Origin: Ginsengibacter sp. | Lineage (GTDB): Bacteria > Bacteroidota > Bacteroidia > Chitinophagales > Chitinophagaceae | Reading direction: 5' to 3' | DNA: 41,357 bases | NCBI GenBank assembly: GCA_039935555.1 | Contig: JBDTKB010000320.1 | Coordinates: 1-41,357 of the forward strand | In this document: one piece after another, positions 27,077 through 37,530 of the stretch | How the letters are laid out: the number at the start of each line of letters is the position of its first letter | Position numbering within the stretch: position 1 is the first letter of the stretch | Notes under the pieces: generated by a model | What the model was told of the DNA's origin: nothing | Databases searched by the model: none | What the model saw: the letters and a program-made list of their open reading frames with translations, nothing else | Program-made: the position numbers and the translations under genes

Positions 27077-27284
27077 GAATAATTTTTGGATGGCAGGCGC
27101 GATAATCGGCGCCATCACTGGTTACCTCTATTGGAATTATATAGGTTGCAGTAGCGGTAAATGCGTTATTACATCAAACCCGATAAACAGCGTTGTATAT
27201 TTTGGAATTATGGGCGCCATGTTGCTGAGTATATTTCAGCCCGAAAAAATAAAATCATCTGAAAAAATCTATGGTACACTTTAA
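27060..27284 (+). CDS. Small membrane protein, DUF6132/YtxH-associated-like (GCxxGxC)
   Basis: MKKLLKNNFW... GAIIGAITGYLYWNYIGCSSGKCVITSNP.NS..YFG.MG. ATG at 27060 overlaps the upstream gene. The stop shares TTAA (27281-27284) with the convergent gene. Confidence 0.7.
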   Translation: MKKLLKNNFWMAGAIIGAITGYLYWNYIGCSSGKCVITSNPINSVVYFGIMGAMLLSIFQPEKIKSSEKIYGTL

Positions 27285-28393
27285 TTTTTTTTGGTCCAAT
27301 TCACGCTACGTTCTTTCAGATAATTAACTACAAAATCAAAACATACTTTTTCTGAACCAATCATTTCAGGAGGAAAGATTCCCTTTTTTTCAAAGAATTT
27401 TTTTGCAAGAAGATTAACGCAGGCCGTACACGTATAGCCCGTGCTCCGCGCCATAGAAGAAGTGTTAGAACCGCTATCATAAAAATCAAGCAAATTATAT
27501 TCTACCGTTTTTCCTTCACCATGCAGTAGTACTTTCATCACGGTGAGTTCCTCTTCTTTTTCTCCCAATTTCCATTCATTAATCAATAAATTTGAAGTGA
27601 AGGCAAGCGGAGATATTTCTTTATCGTCAACAGTTATTTTTTTCTTGCTAAAAAATCCACTTTGTTGTAAGGCCAAAATAAGCTCAACATGTCCGGGGTA
27701 TCGAAGTGTTTTTTCAATTTGTGTAGGCACGTGTTCCATGGTAAATAGAAGGGTGCGCAGCCCATCAGTATTAAAGGCTTCCAGAACTCCAACTCCATCA
27801 AAATAAATCATTTCTCGATCAGTTAAAGCAGGTTTTGTAACAATGGAACCGTTTGTCTTCAATCGTGCAGGACGTGTATATTCTTCGATTACATCAATTG
27901 GAGAAAAAGGCGCTTTGTATAAAAATGGAAATTTTGGATGCAGCGGTAATCCACCTACATAAATCTCAAAATCATCAATCTTCATTTCCTGATCGTATCG
28001 GCCAATAATAAGATTGCTCATTCCAGGCGCAACGCCTGCATCGATAATTGCTGTTACATTTTTTTCTTTGGACAAAGCATCAAGCTGCATCGCATCTTCT
28101 GGAAAAAACGAAATATCCACCACGCTTTTGCCACATTCAATTACGGCTTTCAAGGTATTAAAGCCCATAAAGCCGGGTACGGCGGTTACCACCAAATCAA
28201 AAGATTTGAGAAAGGTTTTATAACCAGAAAAGTGTTTTAAATTTTGTACGATGGTGTTTACGGTATCATCTTTTTCTTTGAGTAACCCGAGGTTATGCTC
28301 ATCAATATCGAAAGAAGTTACTGAGAAATTTTTTGCAAGATCGAGAGCAATAGCCCTGCCCACCATTCCGGCGCCAAGAACAGCAATCGTCAT
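27281..28393 (-). CDS. Saccharopine dehydrogenase family protein (L-lysine dehydrogenase-like)
   Basis: Rossmann GAGMVG, AVPGFMG, VDISF, DAGVAPG.SN, VGGLP, TDGLRTL, KTLRYPGH, MARSTG. Confidence 0.85.
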   Translation of the reverse strand: MTIAVLGAGMVGRAIALDLAKNFSVTSFDIDEHNLGLLKEKDDTVNTIVQNLKHFSGYKTFLKSFDLVVTAVPGFMGFNTLKAVIECGKSVVDISFFPEDAMQLDALSKEKNVTAIIDAGVAPGMSNLIIGRYDQEMKIDDFEIYVGGLPLHPKFPFLYKAPFSPIDVIEEYTRPARLKTNGSIVTKPALTDREMIYFDGVGVLEAFNTDGLRTLLFTMEHVPTQIEKTLRYPGHVELILALQQSGFFSKKKITVDDKEISPLAFTSNLLINEWKLGEKEEELTVMKVLLHGEGKTVEYNLLDFYDSGSNTSSMARSTGYTCTACVNLLAKKFFEKKGIFPPEMIGSEKVCFDFVVNYLKERSVNWTKKN

Positions 28394-28534
28394 GTGAGAC
28401 TTTTTACAAAGATGATAAAAATATTTCGCGTTTTATTTTTATTGATAAACTTTAGGCATTAGCGTTAATTTATCAAGAAATTATCTAAAGACGCCTGCTC
28501 GATTTTAACCCACGATTCGAAGTATTTTAATCCG

Positions 28535-29581
28535 TCATCTATAAACTCTTACATAGTCAACCAGCAATGAATCCTTCGTAAAAGCACCATCAATGTTTCC
28601 TGCAAAATTGCCACCCATGGCTACATTTAGAATAAAAAAGAAATCATGATTAAAAGGGAGGCTGCCGCTATTAGCAACAGTATGATAGACCTGGTTATCT
28701 ACCGAAATTTGTATAGTAGAAGCATTCCATTCCAAAGAATAAATATGGAATTCTGTTGAAGCATTGGAAATTAAAGTGGTGCTGCCATCGCCATTGGCGC
28801 CGGATCTTCCAGGATAATGTAGCGTACCAAAAATTTTATTTGGCTCACTTCCACGAGCTTCCATAATATCAATTTCGCCGCAGCCCGGCCATGGCACCGT
28901 TGTAAAATTGCTGCCCAACATCCATATTGCAGGCCACGTGCCAATCACAGAGGGGAGTTTTGCTCTTACCTCTACTTTGCCATAAGTAAAATCAAACTTA
29001 CCTTTTGAAAGTAGCCGCGCAGATGTAAAAGGGCTGCCGCTGTAATTTTCCCTTATAGCAGATATTTTTAAAGATCCATTTTGTACCACTGCGTTTTCGG
29101 GACGATTGGTATAATATTCGAGCTCAGAATTTCCCCATCCATTTGAGCCATTCCCAATATCATATCCCCATTTTAGCGGATCGGGAGCTCCGTCTGTATT
29201 AAATTCATCGGACCAAAAAAGTACTGGAGGAAAATATTTTCTTATAACGGTTATTTGTACTGTACTTTTTATAGATAACCCTGAGCTACTTGTAGCAGTA
29301 ACGGATACGGTATAACTATTCGTTCCCGTGACTAAATATTGGTAAGTGGCCAATCCATCAGAAACAATTTTGCTATCTCCATTTCCAAATTGGTAGAAAT
29401 AAGATGTTGTGTTATCTGCGGTTGCAGTAAATGTCACTGTGCCACTACTATCGGTACTTACCGTTGCCTTTATAACAAGATTAGTTGGCGGCGTTTTTGT
29501 GTCACCATTTCCTGACTTTTTACAACTAACAAAAATTGTAAGTAGCAGTAAAAAAATCAAAAAGCTTTTAAAATATTTCAT
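28535..29581 (-). CDS. GH16 beta-glucanase (laminarinase-like) lipoprotein with N-terminal PKD/Ig-like domain
   Basis: Lipobox FVSC; Y.FGNG PKD-like segment; WSDEF, GWGN.ELEYY, TSARL, WPAIWMLG and the catalytic GEIDIME. Confidence 0.9.
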   Translation of the reverse strand: MKYFKSFLIFLLLLTIFVSCKKSGNGDTKTPPTNLVIKATVSTDSSGTVTFTATADNTTSYFYQFGNGDSKIVSDGLATYQYLVTGTNSYTVSVTATSSSGLSIKSTVQITVIRKYFPPVLFWSDEFNTDGAPDPLKWGYDIGNGSNGWGNSELEYYTNRPENAVVQNGSLKISAIRENYSGSPFTSARLLSKGKFDFTYGKVEVRAKLPSVIGTWPAIWMLGSNFTTVPWPGCGEIDIMEARGSEPNKIFGTLHYPGRSGANGDGSTTLISNASTEFHIYSLEWNASTIQISVDNQVYHTVANSGSLPFNHDFFFILNVAMGGNFAGNIDGAFTKDSLLVDYVRVYR

Positions 29582-29761
29582 TTAAGATAAATTATTAGGT
29601 GTAATACTCACGGATTTATTTTCAATCATATTTAAGAAATGAAAATTAATTTTTTTGACAGTGAATCAAAAAAATCTGCTACAATATAATTCAAATATCA
29701 CCTTTACCAACTGGATGTAAAAAGAATTTTTTGAAAAGAATTTGAGATAAGAAAAAGAATA

Positions 29762-31147
29762 TCATTTCCCGATACAGAATTTACTAAAGATATAATCAAG
29801 CATATCGTCGTTGGAAATTTCACCGGTTATTTCTCCAAGATAATGAAGACACCTCCTTATATCTAACGATAAAAAATCGCTCGTAATTTTATTTTCAATG
29901 CCTTTTCTTATTTCATTTAAGGAGGCTTGAACTTCGCTCAATGCACTGTAATGACGGGCATTCGTCAAAATTATATTTTCAGAAAGCACACTTTCGTCAA
30001 CAACGGTATTATATAATTTTTCCCTGAGTAATTCTATTCCGGAATTTAATTTCGCAGAAATAAATATCGTTTCTGGAAACCGTTCTCTTTTATTTTTTAT
30101 CACAGTTGCACTGGCACAATCCGTTTTGTTCGCGACAGAAATTACATTCGCATTTTGGCTCCTTGTATCTTGAAGTAAGGTGGCAAGTTCACCATCAGAG
30201 ATCGAATTAATATCGAACAAATACAGAACAATATTCGCTTCTTGAATTTTTTCCTTACTTTTTAAAACACCCATATTTTCAATTATATCATCCGAGTTCT
30301 CCCGAATGCCTGCAGTATCAATAAGCCGGAATAAAATTCCATTTATATTGATGATCTCTTCAATCGTGTCGCGCGTAGTACCAGCAATTTCACTTACAAT
30401 AGCCCGGTATTCATTTAGGAAAGTATTCAATAAGGTGGATTTACCTGCATTAGGATTGCCTACAATTGCCACGCTCACTCCATTCTTTATAACGTTGCCA
30501 AGTTTGAAAGAATCTAACAAATTTTTTACGGTGGAATCTATGTCTAAAATCAGATCCATAAACTTTTTTCGATCCGCAAATTCAACGTCCTCTTCACTAA
30601 AATCCAATTCAAGCTCTATTAATGCAGAAAATTGAATCAACTTTTCCCTCATCTCTTTTAATATTTGTGAGAAGCCTCCACGCATATTTTTTAACGCAGC
30701 ATTTTGTGACGCACTGGTATTACTGCATATAAGATCTGCCACAGCTTCTGCCTGCGTAAGATCAAGTTTTCCGTTTAGGAATGCGCGCTGCGTAAATTCC
30801 CCGGCTTTTGCGAGTCTTGCGCCATTTCGAATAAGCGCATCAATAACCTGCTGCTGCACATAGGGCGAGCCATGGCAACTAATTTCAATAACATCTTCGC
30901 CTGTGTAGGACGCCGGGTTTTTAAAAATGGAGATAACCACTTCATCAAGAATTGTATCACCTTCTTTTAAATAGCCAACATGAAGTGTGTTGGCGGGTTG
31001 ACCTGACAGGTCCTTTGAAGGAAATATTCTATTTATAATTGAAAACGACATTCCACCACTCAGTCTTATTACGCCTATCGCTCCTACGCCTGGCGGAGTT
31101 GCGATGGCAACTATTGTGTCGTCCCAACCTGAAAGTTTCCCGTGCAT
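29762..31147 (-). CDS. mnmE: tRNA modification GTPase MnmE
   Basis: DTIVAIATP.G.GAIG.IRLSG, SYTGEDVIEISCHG, GEFTQRAFLNGK, GNPNAGKS, GTTRD, DTAG, NKTD, C-terminal FCIGK. ATG 31147 preferred over TTG 31174. Confidence 0.97.
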   Translation of the reverse strand: MHGKLSGWDDTIVAIATPPGVGAIGVIRLSGGMSFSIINRIFPSKDLSGQPANTLHVGYLKEGDTILDEVVISIFKNPASYTGEDVIEISCHGSPYVQQQVIDALIRNGARLAKAGEFTQRAFLNGKLDLTQAEAVADLICSNTSASQNAALKNMRGGFSQILKEMREKLIQFSALIELELDFSEEDVEFADRKKFMDLILDIDSTVKNLLDSFKLGNVIKNGVSVAIVGNPNAGKSTLLNTFLNEYRAIVSEIAGTTRDTIEEIININGILFRLIDTAGIRENSDDIIENMGVLKSKEKIQEANIVLYLFDINSISDGELATLLQDTRSQNANVISVANKTDCASATVIKNKRERFPETIFISAKLNSGIELLREKLYNTVVDESVLSENIILTNARHYSALSEVQASLNEIRKGIENKITSDFLSLDIRRCLHYLGEITGEISNDDMLDYIFSKFCIGK

Positions 31148-31358
31148 GCTGTAAAGATAAGATAGCCAATTCAACCCGAAATAGTAGGTAAAAACAAGAT
31201 CAGATTTTAAGAATAAGAATTCGGCCTATTCATGAGAATTTATGATAAAATAATGCCTTACATCATTAATTTGAATTTCATTAAGGGCGTCAACAAAGTT
31301 TTTATATGTTGCCAGTCTTGCCTGGGAAATTATCACAACCACATAATTTAAATTGGAC

Positions 31359-31384
31359 AAAAAAAAAGATGCATTGCTGCATCT
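31359..31384 (-). terminator. Intrinsic terminator after tonB
   Basis: Stem AGATGCA-ttgc-TGCATCT (31367-31384) with an A-run at 31359-31367, which is the U-tail on the - strand. Confidence 0.75.
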
Positions 31385-31410
31385 CTTGAAAAAATATTTT
31401 TAAAAAAATC

Positions 31411-32235
31411 TTATTGATCAGGATTAGTTAGTGTAACAGGTTGCAAACGATATGCGTTTACATATCTTCCATTTTGCTGAGCCGGAGTCCAGTTTGGACC
31501 TTTCCTGATTGCATTCGTTGCTATTTCTGCAAGTTTACTTCCCTTCATAGTTGTTGCCTCTACCTGGCTTACCTTTCCTGATTTATCAACGATAAATTTT
31601 ACAACACAAGTTCCAAAGTCACCTTCAGCAAATTCATCCTGATGTTCCTGGATAGCTCTCGTTACATACTTTGTCCAGGCCCCTGCACCGCCGGGGAACG
31701 AAGCTTCTATTTCAACCTTAGTAAAAACTTTATCCGCATCTTCATCCTTAGCAACCGGGGGAGCAACAACTTGTGTTCCTTTATCTTCAGTGGGCGGCGC
31801 TACTATTCCTAAATCTTTAGTTCCTTCAACAGTCTTTACGTCTATTTTTGCTTCTTCAATTTGTTTTACTTCTGGCGGTGGTTTAATCACTTCCTCATCC
31901 TTTACAACTTTTGGCGGAGTAAAGGCAATCGTTGCGATTGGCGGTGGCGGTGGTAATTTTGGTGGTGGTGGCGGTGGTGGTGGTGGTGGTTCATTCGGCG
32001 CCGCTTCCATTACCAAGTCCTTCGTTTGTATTTCCTTCACATCTTTGTCCGAGGAAAGTTTATCAGCTATAACGGAACCTATGAATATAAGTAAAATTAT
32101 GACAACCGTACTTACGAGCGCAATCGTGATTCTTCGATTGTACGTTTTTCTCAAATCATAAGCGCCATAATCCTTATTTCGTCCTTCAAAGAGAATATCT
32201 AAAAGATCAGCCTTTAATATTTTATTAGCTTCCAT
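31411..32235 (-). CDS. tonB: Energy transducer TonB
   Basis: D.LDILFEGRNK.YGAY.LR, N-terminal TM, poly-Pro linker, VE.EA.FPGG, FIVDKSG, W.PA.QNG..V. Confidence 0.92.
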   Translation of the reverse strand: MEANKILKADLLDILFEGRNKDYGAYDLRKTYNRRITIALVSTVVIILLIFIGSVIADKLSSDKDVKEIQTKDLVMEAAPNEPPPPPPPPPPKLPPPPPIATIAFTPPKVVKDEEVIKPPPEVKQIEEAKIDVKTVEGTKDLGIVAPPTEDKGTQVVAPPVAKDEDADKVFTKVEIEASFPGGAGAWTKYVTRAIQEHQDEFAEGDFGTCVVKFIVDKSGKVSQVEATTMKGSKLAEIATNAIRKGPNWTPAQQNGRYVNAYRLQPVTLTNPDQ

Positions 32236-32297
32236 GTTTTGTTTTTTAAGTTAGAATACCAAATGGAATTTCTCCATAAAAAATACTGTACCCGGCG

Positions 32298-32828
32298 TTA
32301 CTGAACGCCCGCGGCTTTCTCTGTTTGCTGAATTTTACTATACTCATCTGCTGTTGGATTCACCATCGCATACCTGGCGATATCGTTAATTGTCATTTCA
32401 TCCAGCATATCAACAGCATTTTTATACGTAGCATCTTTATCAGGTTTGATAATTACAAACAAATCATCTACCGGTGTGCTTTTCTTTTTATCAAGAATGA
32501 TCTTTCGCACATCTTTGTAATTGGTGGTTTGCATTGTCGCAGGGTCATTACCAAAGTAATAATACACCACGTTTCCTTTACCTAACATCAACGTTAGTGA
32601 GCCTGATTCTTTTACTTTATTTATTTCATCCGGTTTATCAGTATCCTTTGGCATGTTTAGATTCATTGCCGTAGGCTGGGCCATTGTTGTTGTAAAAATA
32701 AAAAAAGTGATCAACAAAAACCCGAGATCCACCATGGGAGTAAGATCTACCCTGGTAGAATGCTTTTTGCTCTTTTTGACACCGGGGCCCTTATGACCGC
32801 CACCAGATTTTACCTCCATTTCTGCCAT
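32298..32828 (-). CDS. exbD: Biopolymer transporter ExbD
   Basis: RVDLTPMVDLGFLLITFFIFTT; IKP...ATYKN.VD.LDEM. Confidence 0.92.
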   Translation of the reverse strand: MAEMEVKSGGGHKGPGVKKSKKHSTRVDLTPMVDLGFLLITFFIFTTTMAQPTAMNLNMPKDTDKPDEINKVKESGSLTLMLGKGNVVYYYFGNDPATMQTTNYKDVRKIILDKKKSTPVDDLFVIIKPDKDATYKNAVDMLDEMTINDIARYAMVNPTADEYSKIQQTEKAAGVQ

Positions 32829-32874
32829 AATAGAAATATTTTAGTTTTTTGAATACAATTTAATTTAATTCAAT

Positions 32875-33537
32875 CTACTTTGCAGGCGGTGTTTCCGATT
32901 GTTGCGCCTTCAAATTCGCTTTATATAATTCTGAACCTTCTGGAACATCTTCCACAGTGGTAACAAGATTATATTTATAAATATCATTTTTCTTAAAAGC
33001 CTCAATAACTCCACTAAAGGCAGGATATTTCGCCGCGTCATCACCCTTTATAAGAAAATTTAATTTTTTTCCCTGCCCCGCAGCAACGGCAGCACCAATC
33101 CACGCCTGCAGTTCATTATTAGTGCTATCGGCCGGTACCCCATTGAATTTAGTATTTTTTAACTGCTCTGTTGGTACCCTTATGAATTGTAATAACTGAC
33201 TTAGCGGAACGCCTATAAACCCCGCCTCCAAAAAGTATTTCCTGTCCTCCGGGGTTACCTGCATGTGTCGCTCGCTCATCATTTCATCGAATACGTCTCC
33301 TTTAATTTCATCAGTCATATTAATAAAGACCCTGTTAGTTTTATCTATAGACACGGTGAAAGCATCTTTTTGTGGAGCATGTTTATTGGAAACTGAACCA
33401 GGTGGTACAATTTCTACCGCTTCTGAAGGCTTAAACTTTGTTGCAAGAATGAAGAATGTTAGCAACAAGAACGCGACATCGCACATAGCGGTCATATCCA
33501 CATTGGTGCTCCCGCGCTTTATTTTGGCTCTTCCCAT
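32875..33537 (-). CDS. exbD: Biopolymer transporter ExbD (second paralogue)
   Basis: VDMTAMCDVAFLLLTFFILAT; IKGD..AKYP. Confidence 0.9.
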   Translation of the reverse strand: MGRAKIKRGSTNVDMTAMCDVAFLLLTFFILATKFKPSEAVEIVPPGSVSNKHAPQKDAFTVSIDKTNRVFINMTDEIKGDVFDEMMSERHMQVTPEDRKYFLEAGFIGVPLSQLLQFIRVPTEQLKNTKFNGVPADSTNNELQAWIGAAVAAGQGKKLNFLIKGDDAAKYPAFSGVIEAFKKNDIYKYNLVTTVEDVPEGSELYKANLKAQQSETPPAK

Positions 33538-33597
33538 TATTTATATTTTAATAATAATTAGATTCATTTTCTGGAATATTCCATACAAGTGAATGGA

Positions 33598-34461
33598 TTA
33601 TTTATAGAGTGATGCAAAGCTTTGAGTAAGCGTAAAGCCTGATTCATCAATACCATAGGTAATACCGTCAATTTTTGTTGTAAAAATATTATAAGAAATA
33701 ATTGCAAAAGCCGATGTACCGATACCCAATGCTGTATTATACAAGGCCTCTGATATACCTTTTGATAGTTCCCTTGCTGCTTCACCACCACCAGATTCTC
33801 CAAGATTACTAAATGCACGGATCATCCCAATCACCGTTCCAAGCAATCCAATTAACGTTGCAACTGATGCAATCGTAGAAAGAAATACCAGGTTCTTTTC
33901 CAACATTGGTAGTTCCAGAGCTGTCGCTTCTTCTACTTCTTTTTGAATGGCCAAAACTTTTTGTTCAGTATCAAGTTCATTGTCGGTAATCATTGCCTTG
34001 TACTTGCGAAGCCCGGCTTTCATTACGTTACCTACGGAACCTTTTTGCCTGTCACATTCGGCGATAGCAGCATCCACTTTTTTATCAGCAAGATAAAACT
34101 GTACTTTCCTTATGAATTCAGCATTAGATCCATTTCCATTAGCTTTTGAAACGGTCAACCATCTTTCAATTATAAAAGTGAAAACAATTAAAAAACATCC
34201 AATAAGAATTGGAACTATTATTCCTCCTTCATACATTCTTGCAAGGTCACCTTTAGGTCCATTGTGCTTTGGCCAAAAACCGCCGGCAGGATCAGGGTTT
34301 GTAAAATTGCTACTTGCCCCAATAACGAAACGCCAGATAATGTAGCCTGCAAGGATACAAATTATAGGAGCCAGCAAAGAAATAATATTGCTGGATTTTT
34401 TTGCCTGAACCGATGTGGTCGCTTTTACAGTAGAGTTTGCAGTTGTATTTGATTCTGCCAT
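33598..34461 (-). CDS. exbB: MotA/TolQ/ExbB proton channel protein
   Basis: LEKNLVFLSTIASVATLIGLLGTVIGMI.AF; GISEALYNTALGI. Confidence 0.92.
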   Translation of the reverse strand: MAESNTTANSTVKATTSVQAKKSSNIISLLAPIICILAGYIIWRFVIGASSNFTNPDPAGGFWPKHNGPKGDLARMYEGGIIVPILIGCFLIVFTFIIERWLTVSKANGNGSNAEFIRKVQFYLADKKVDAAIAECDRQKGSVGNVMKAGLRKYKAMITDNELDTEQKVLAIQKEVEEATALELPMLEKNLVFLSTIASVATLIGLLGTVIGMIRAFSNLGESGGGEAARELSKGISEALYNTALGIGTSAFAIISYNIFTTKIDGITYGIDESGFTLTQSFASLYK

Positions 34462-34751
34462 AACGTTAGGTTTTTTAGTGTTAAAAGTTTAAGATGATTT
34501 GATTAAATATTTGATGGTACAATTGTAGCGAAAAAAAATTTCATAATTCTCATTAAGCCTAAAAAAATTTTTAGTAGGCTCACAAGTTAATAAATTAATC
34601 CAATCTAAGTAAAAGGAATATGTTTTTTTTTAAAATAAAAGTACCAGCAATTTACTTATATTCCTCATTTAAAAAATCAGAAAATTATAGCTTAATGTAC
34701 CAGGATCTTACGTCAAAATTGAAACTATATCGGCGCAAAAAAAATTTGATC

Positions 34752-36023
34752 TTACTCATAGCGCAGGGCAACAATCGGATCAAGCCTGGCAGCTTTTAAT
34801 GCAGGGTAAAGACCGGCAAAAAGCCCAACTACCGAACAAACCACAATACCTAAAACAACCCAGGCCCATGGAACTACGAAACCTGTGTGAAGAAACATCC
34901 CAACGACATTGCCCACAAGTACCCCAAGTATAATTCCAAAAAGGGCTCCTATGAGACTGATCATTACTGATTCGAAAAGGAATTGACTTCTAATGCTTTT
35001 TCTCGTACCACCGATAGCTTTTATCAAGCCAATTTCGCGGGTGCGTTCGTTCACTGCTACCAGCATGATATTCATGAGGCCAATCGCTGCACCAATCAGT
35101 GTTATCAAACCAATAAAAGCAGCCGCAGTTGTGATAGCGCCAAGACTACTCATGAAGACTTCGGCTATGCTATCACTTTTATCAATATAAAAATTATTTT
35201 CTTCGTCAATGGCCAATTTTCTAATAGGCCGAAAGGTGCCTTTTGCCTCCCCGATCGCCGCATCCATGTCCTTAATGTCGTTAACCCTTATCCCCAAATT
35301 AAATGTGTTTCCTTCGGTGGTAAAAAGGCGACGAATATTATTATATGAAGTGAGTATAATGTTATCGGCATTAAAAAATGCACTGGAGCCTTTATCTTTC
35401 AAAACAGCAATAATGCGGTATTTTATTCCAGCTACATCAATTATTTTATCGACCGCCCTTTGAATATTTTCTCCATAGAGTTTTTTTGCAACGCTGTTAC
35501 CAAGTATACAAATGCTTCTACCGCTTTGCACATCTATTTTATTTAAGTTTCTGCCAACGGCAATCGTATAGCCACTTTGAGCAAGGTAATTTTCGTCTCC
35601 ACCGAGAACAGAAACATTTGGATTCGTCTTTATTGTTTCATTGTTAACAATTACATTCCTTGGGCCATTTATAGAAATGCTAACGCTTGCGGGAAATGCA
35701 TACCGTTCTTTAAATAATTTTGCTTCCTGGTAGGTAATAATTTTCCCGTTGTTAGATTTTTTTTCTTTGAGGGAATTGACTGATTTTTTGGTAACCTGCC
35801 TTCGGCCTATGCGTATTTGACGGTCCTGGAAACGAATGCTAAAAGAGTTTGCACCCATTGTCGAAAAGTTCTCTTTAAGGCTTTGATTCATAGAAGCAGT
35901 TGCAGTTATAATTCCAATTAGCGCCATAATGCCCAATGAAATAATTGTAACAGTAATACCTGTACGCAGTTTATTACTTTTCACTGTTCGGAATGCGAGT
36001 GATAAAGAATCTGATAATTGCAT
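34752..36023 (-). CDS. ABC transporter permease (MacB/FtsX-like)
   Basis: N.LRT.IT..II..GI.ALIGI, periplasmic domain, IGLMNIMLVAV.ERTREIG..KAIG, QFL.ES, G.YPA.KAARLDPI.ALRYE. Confidence 0.9.
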   Translation of the reverse strand: MQLSDSLSLAFRTVKSNKLRTGITVTIISLGIMALIGIITATASMNQSLKENFSTMGANSFSIRFQDRQIRIGRRQVTKKSVNSLKEKKSNNGKIITYQEAKLFKERYAFPASVSISINGPRNVIVNNETIKTNPNVSVLGGDENYLAQSGYTIAVGRNLNKIDVQSGRSICILGNSVAKKLYGENIQRAVDKIIDVAGIKYRIIAVLKDKGSSAFFNADNIILTSYNNIRRLFTTEGNTFNLGIRVNDIKDMDAAIGEAKGTFRPIRKLAIDEENNFYIDKSDSIAEVFMSSLGAITTAAAFIGLITLIGAAIGLMNIMLVAVNERTREIGLIKAIGGTRKSIRSQFLFESVMISLIGALFGIILGVLVGNVVGMFLHTGFVVPWAWVVLGIVVCSVVGLFAGLYPALKAARLDPIVALRYE

Positions 36024-36101
36024 AGCGTGTTTCCGAAAAATTTATTTTGAATGAAAGTGAAGGTACAATTTCAAAAGAATTTTTTCAATACCATTCATAT
36101 A

Positions 36102-37490
36102 TTAATAGTAGAGCCAATCAACAACAAGCGAGGGGAGAATGCCGACTATTATAATTATGGCGGCAGCAATAACCAACAAGTATTTGAAGGAGGACCTCAC
36201 AGGCATAACATTATTTGCACCTGCAGCCGGTTCTTTAAAATACATTGCCTGTATTACCCGAAAATAATATACAGCGCTTATAGCAGCACAAATGACAGCT
36301 AAAATCACCAACCAAACCTGGTGGCCGTCCTTAACAGCCGCAAGTAGCATATAAAATTTGGCGGTAAAACCTGCCGTAAGGGGAATACCTGTAAGAGATA
36401 GTAAAAAAATTGTAGCTGTACCCGCCAGCACGGGATTTGTTTTATATAGCCCATTGAAACCTTCAATGGTATAATCGTTCATTTTTACCAGCACAGCAAA
36501 CATTCCTATAGTTGCAACGCTATATGATACAGCATACAATAGCAAACCTTCCTGTGCTGTATCGTTCAAGGCAAATAATGCAAACATCATAAAACCTGCA
36601 TGAGCAATACTCGAATAGGCAAGCATGCGCTTTACGCTTTGTTGAAAGACAGCCGTGAGATTTCCTATAAGTAAAGTGGCAGCAGTGATTAAGACGATGA
36701 GCATTTGCCACTGCTGTTGTATGATACCAAAGGACACTTTGAATAACCTGATAAAGGCAATAAAACCAGCAATTTTTACTATAGTTGCCATGAAGGAAGT
36801 AAATACTGTAGGCGCTCCATCATATACATCAGGCGCCCAAAAATGAAACGGCGCTGCCGATACTTTAAATGACATTGACACAACTAACAACACCAAACCT
36901 GCCGCGATCATAACAGGCATTGGCCCCGTTCCCAATTCAATCATATTTATATAAAAAGACCCAAGGCTATTCCCTCCATAAATCAATGCAATTCCCATAA
37001 GCATTAAGCCGGTAGAAAATGCCCCCATGAGAAAATACTTGAGAGAAGCTTCGTTACTTTTTAAATTGCGTTTATCGCTGCCCGTTAGTATATATGAAGG
37101 AATTGACATAATCTCAATTCCGAGGAACAGCATCAACAATGTATTGAATGACGAAGAAATGGAAACACCGCACAAGATAAAAAATATCAGTGCAAAATAT
37201 TCTGAGCCGTTTTCTCCCACTTTCTCAATATCCCTTCCATTTAAAAGAAAAAATAATAACGTACATGCAAAAGCAATTGTATTAAAAAGAAGGCCAAAAT
37301 TATCGAACCGAAGCATTCCTTTGGTATCGATTTTAAAAATTTGTGTGCCAAAAAATTCGAGCATATTTCCGGCAAGCAAAATGATGATACCTGCTATAGC
37401 CCAATATTTTGGTGTCGAAGTTTTTTTAAAAAACACTCCGCCAAACATCATCACGACTCCCCAAAGTGCAGATATTAATATTGCGTTCAT
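36102..37490 (-). CDS. nuoN: NADH-quinone oxidoreductase subunit N
   Basis: EASLKYF..GA, FKVSAAPFHFWAPDVYDGAP, KRMLAYSSIAHAG, GIPLTAGF.AK; last gene of nuoKLMN. Confidence 0.95.
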   Translation of the reverse strand: MNAILISALWGVVMMFGGVFFKKTSTPKYWAIAGIIILLAGNMLEFFGTQIFKIDTKGMLRFDNFGLLFNTIAFACTLLFFLLNGRDIEKVGENGSEYFALIFFILCGVSISSSFNTLLMLFLGIEIMSIPSYILTGSDKRNLKSNEASLKYFLMGAFSTGLMLMGIALIYGGNSLGSFYINMIELGTGPMPVMIAAGLVLLVVSMSFKVSAAPFHFWAPDVYDGAPTVFTSFMATIVKIAGFIAFIRLFKVSFGIIQQQWQMLIVLITAATLLIGNLTAVFQQSVKRMLAYSSIAHAGFMMFALFALNDTAQEGLLLYAVSYSVATIGMFAVLVKMNDYTIEGFNGLYKTNPVLAGTATIFLLSLTGIPLTAGFTAKFYMLLAAVKDGHQVWLVILAVICAAISAVYYFRVIQAMYFKEPAAGANNVMPVRSSFKYLLVIAAAIIIIVGILPSLVVDWLYY

Positions 37491-37530
37491 AAATTAATTC
37501 TATTACCTTTTTTTATCTTTAGAAAGAATT

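Noticed and set aside
31940-31995. (GGT)n microsatellite-like tract
   Set aside because: Encodes the normal poly-proline linker of TonB.
32298-36023. Duplicate exbD genes and an ABC permease without an ATPase
   Set aside because: Both arrangements are ordinary in Bacteroidota.
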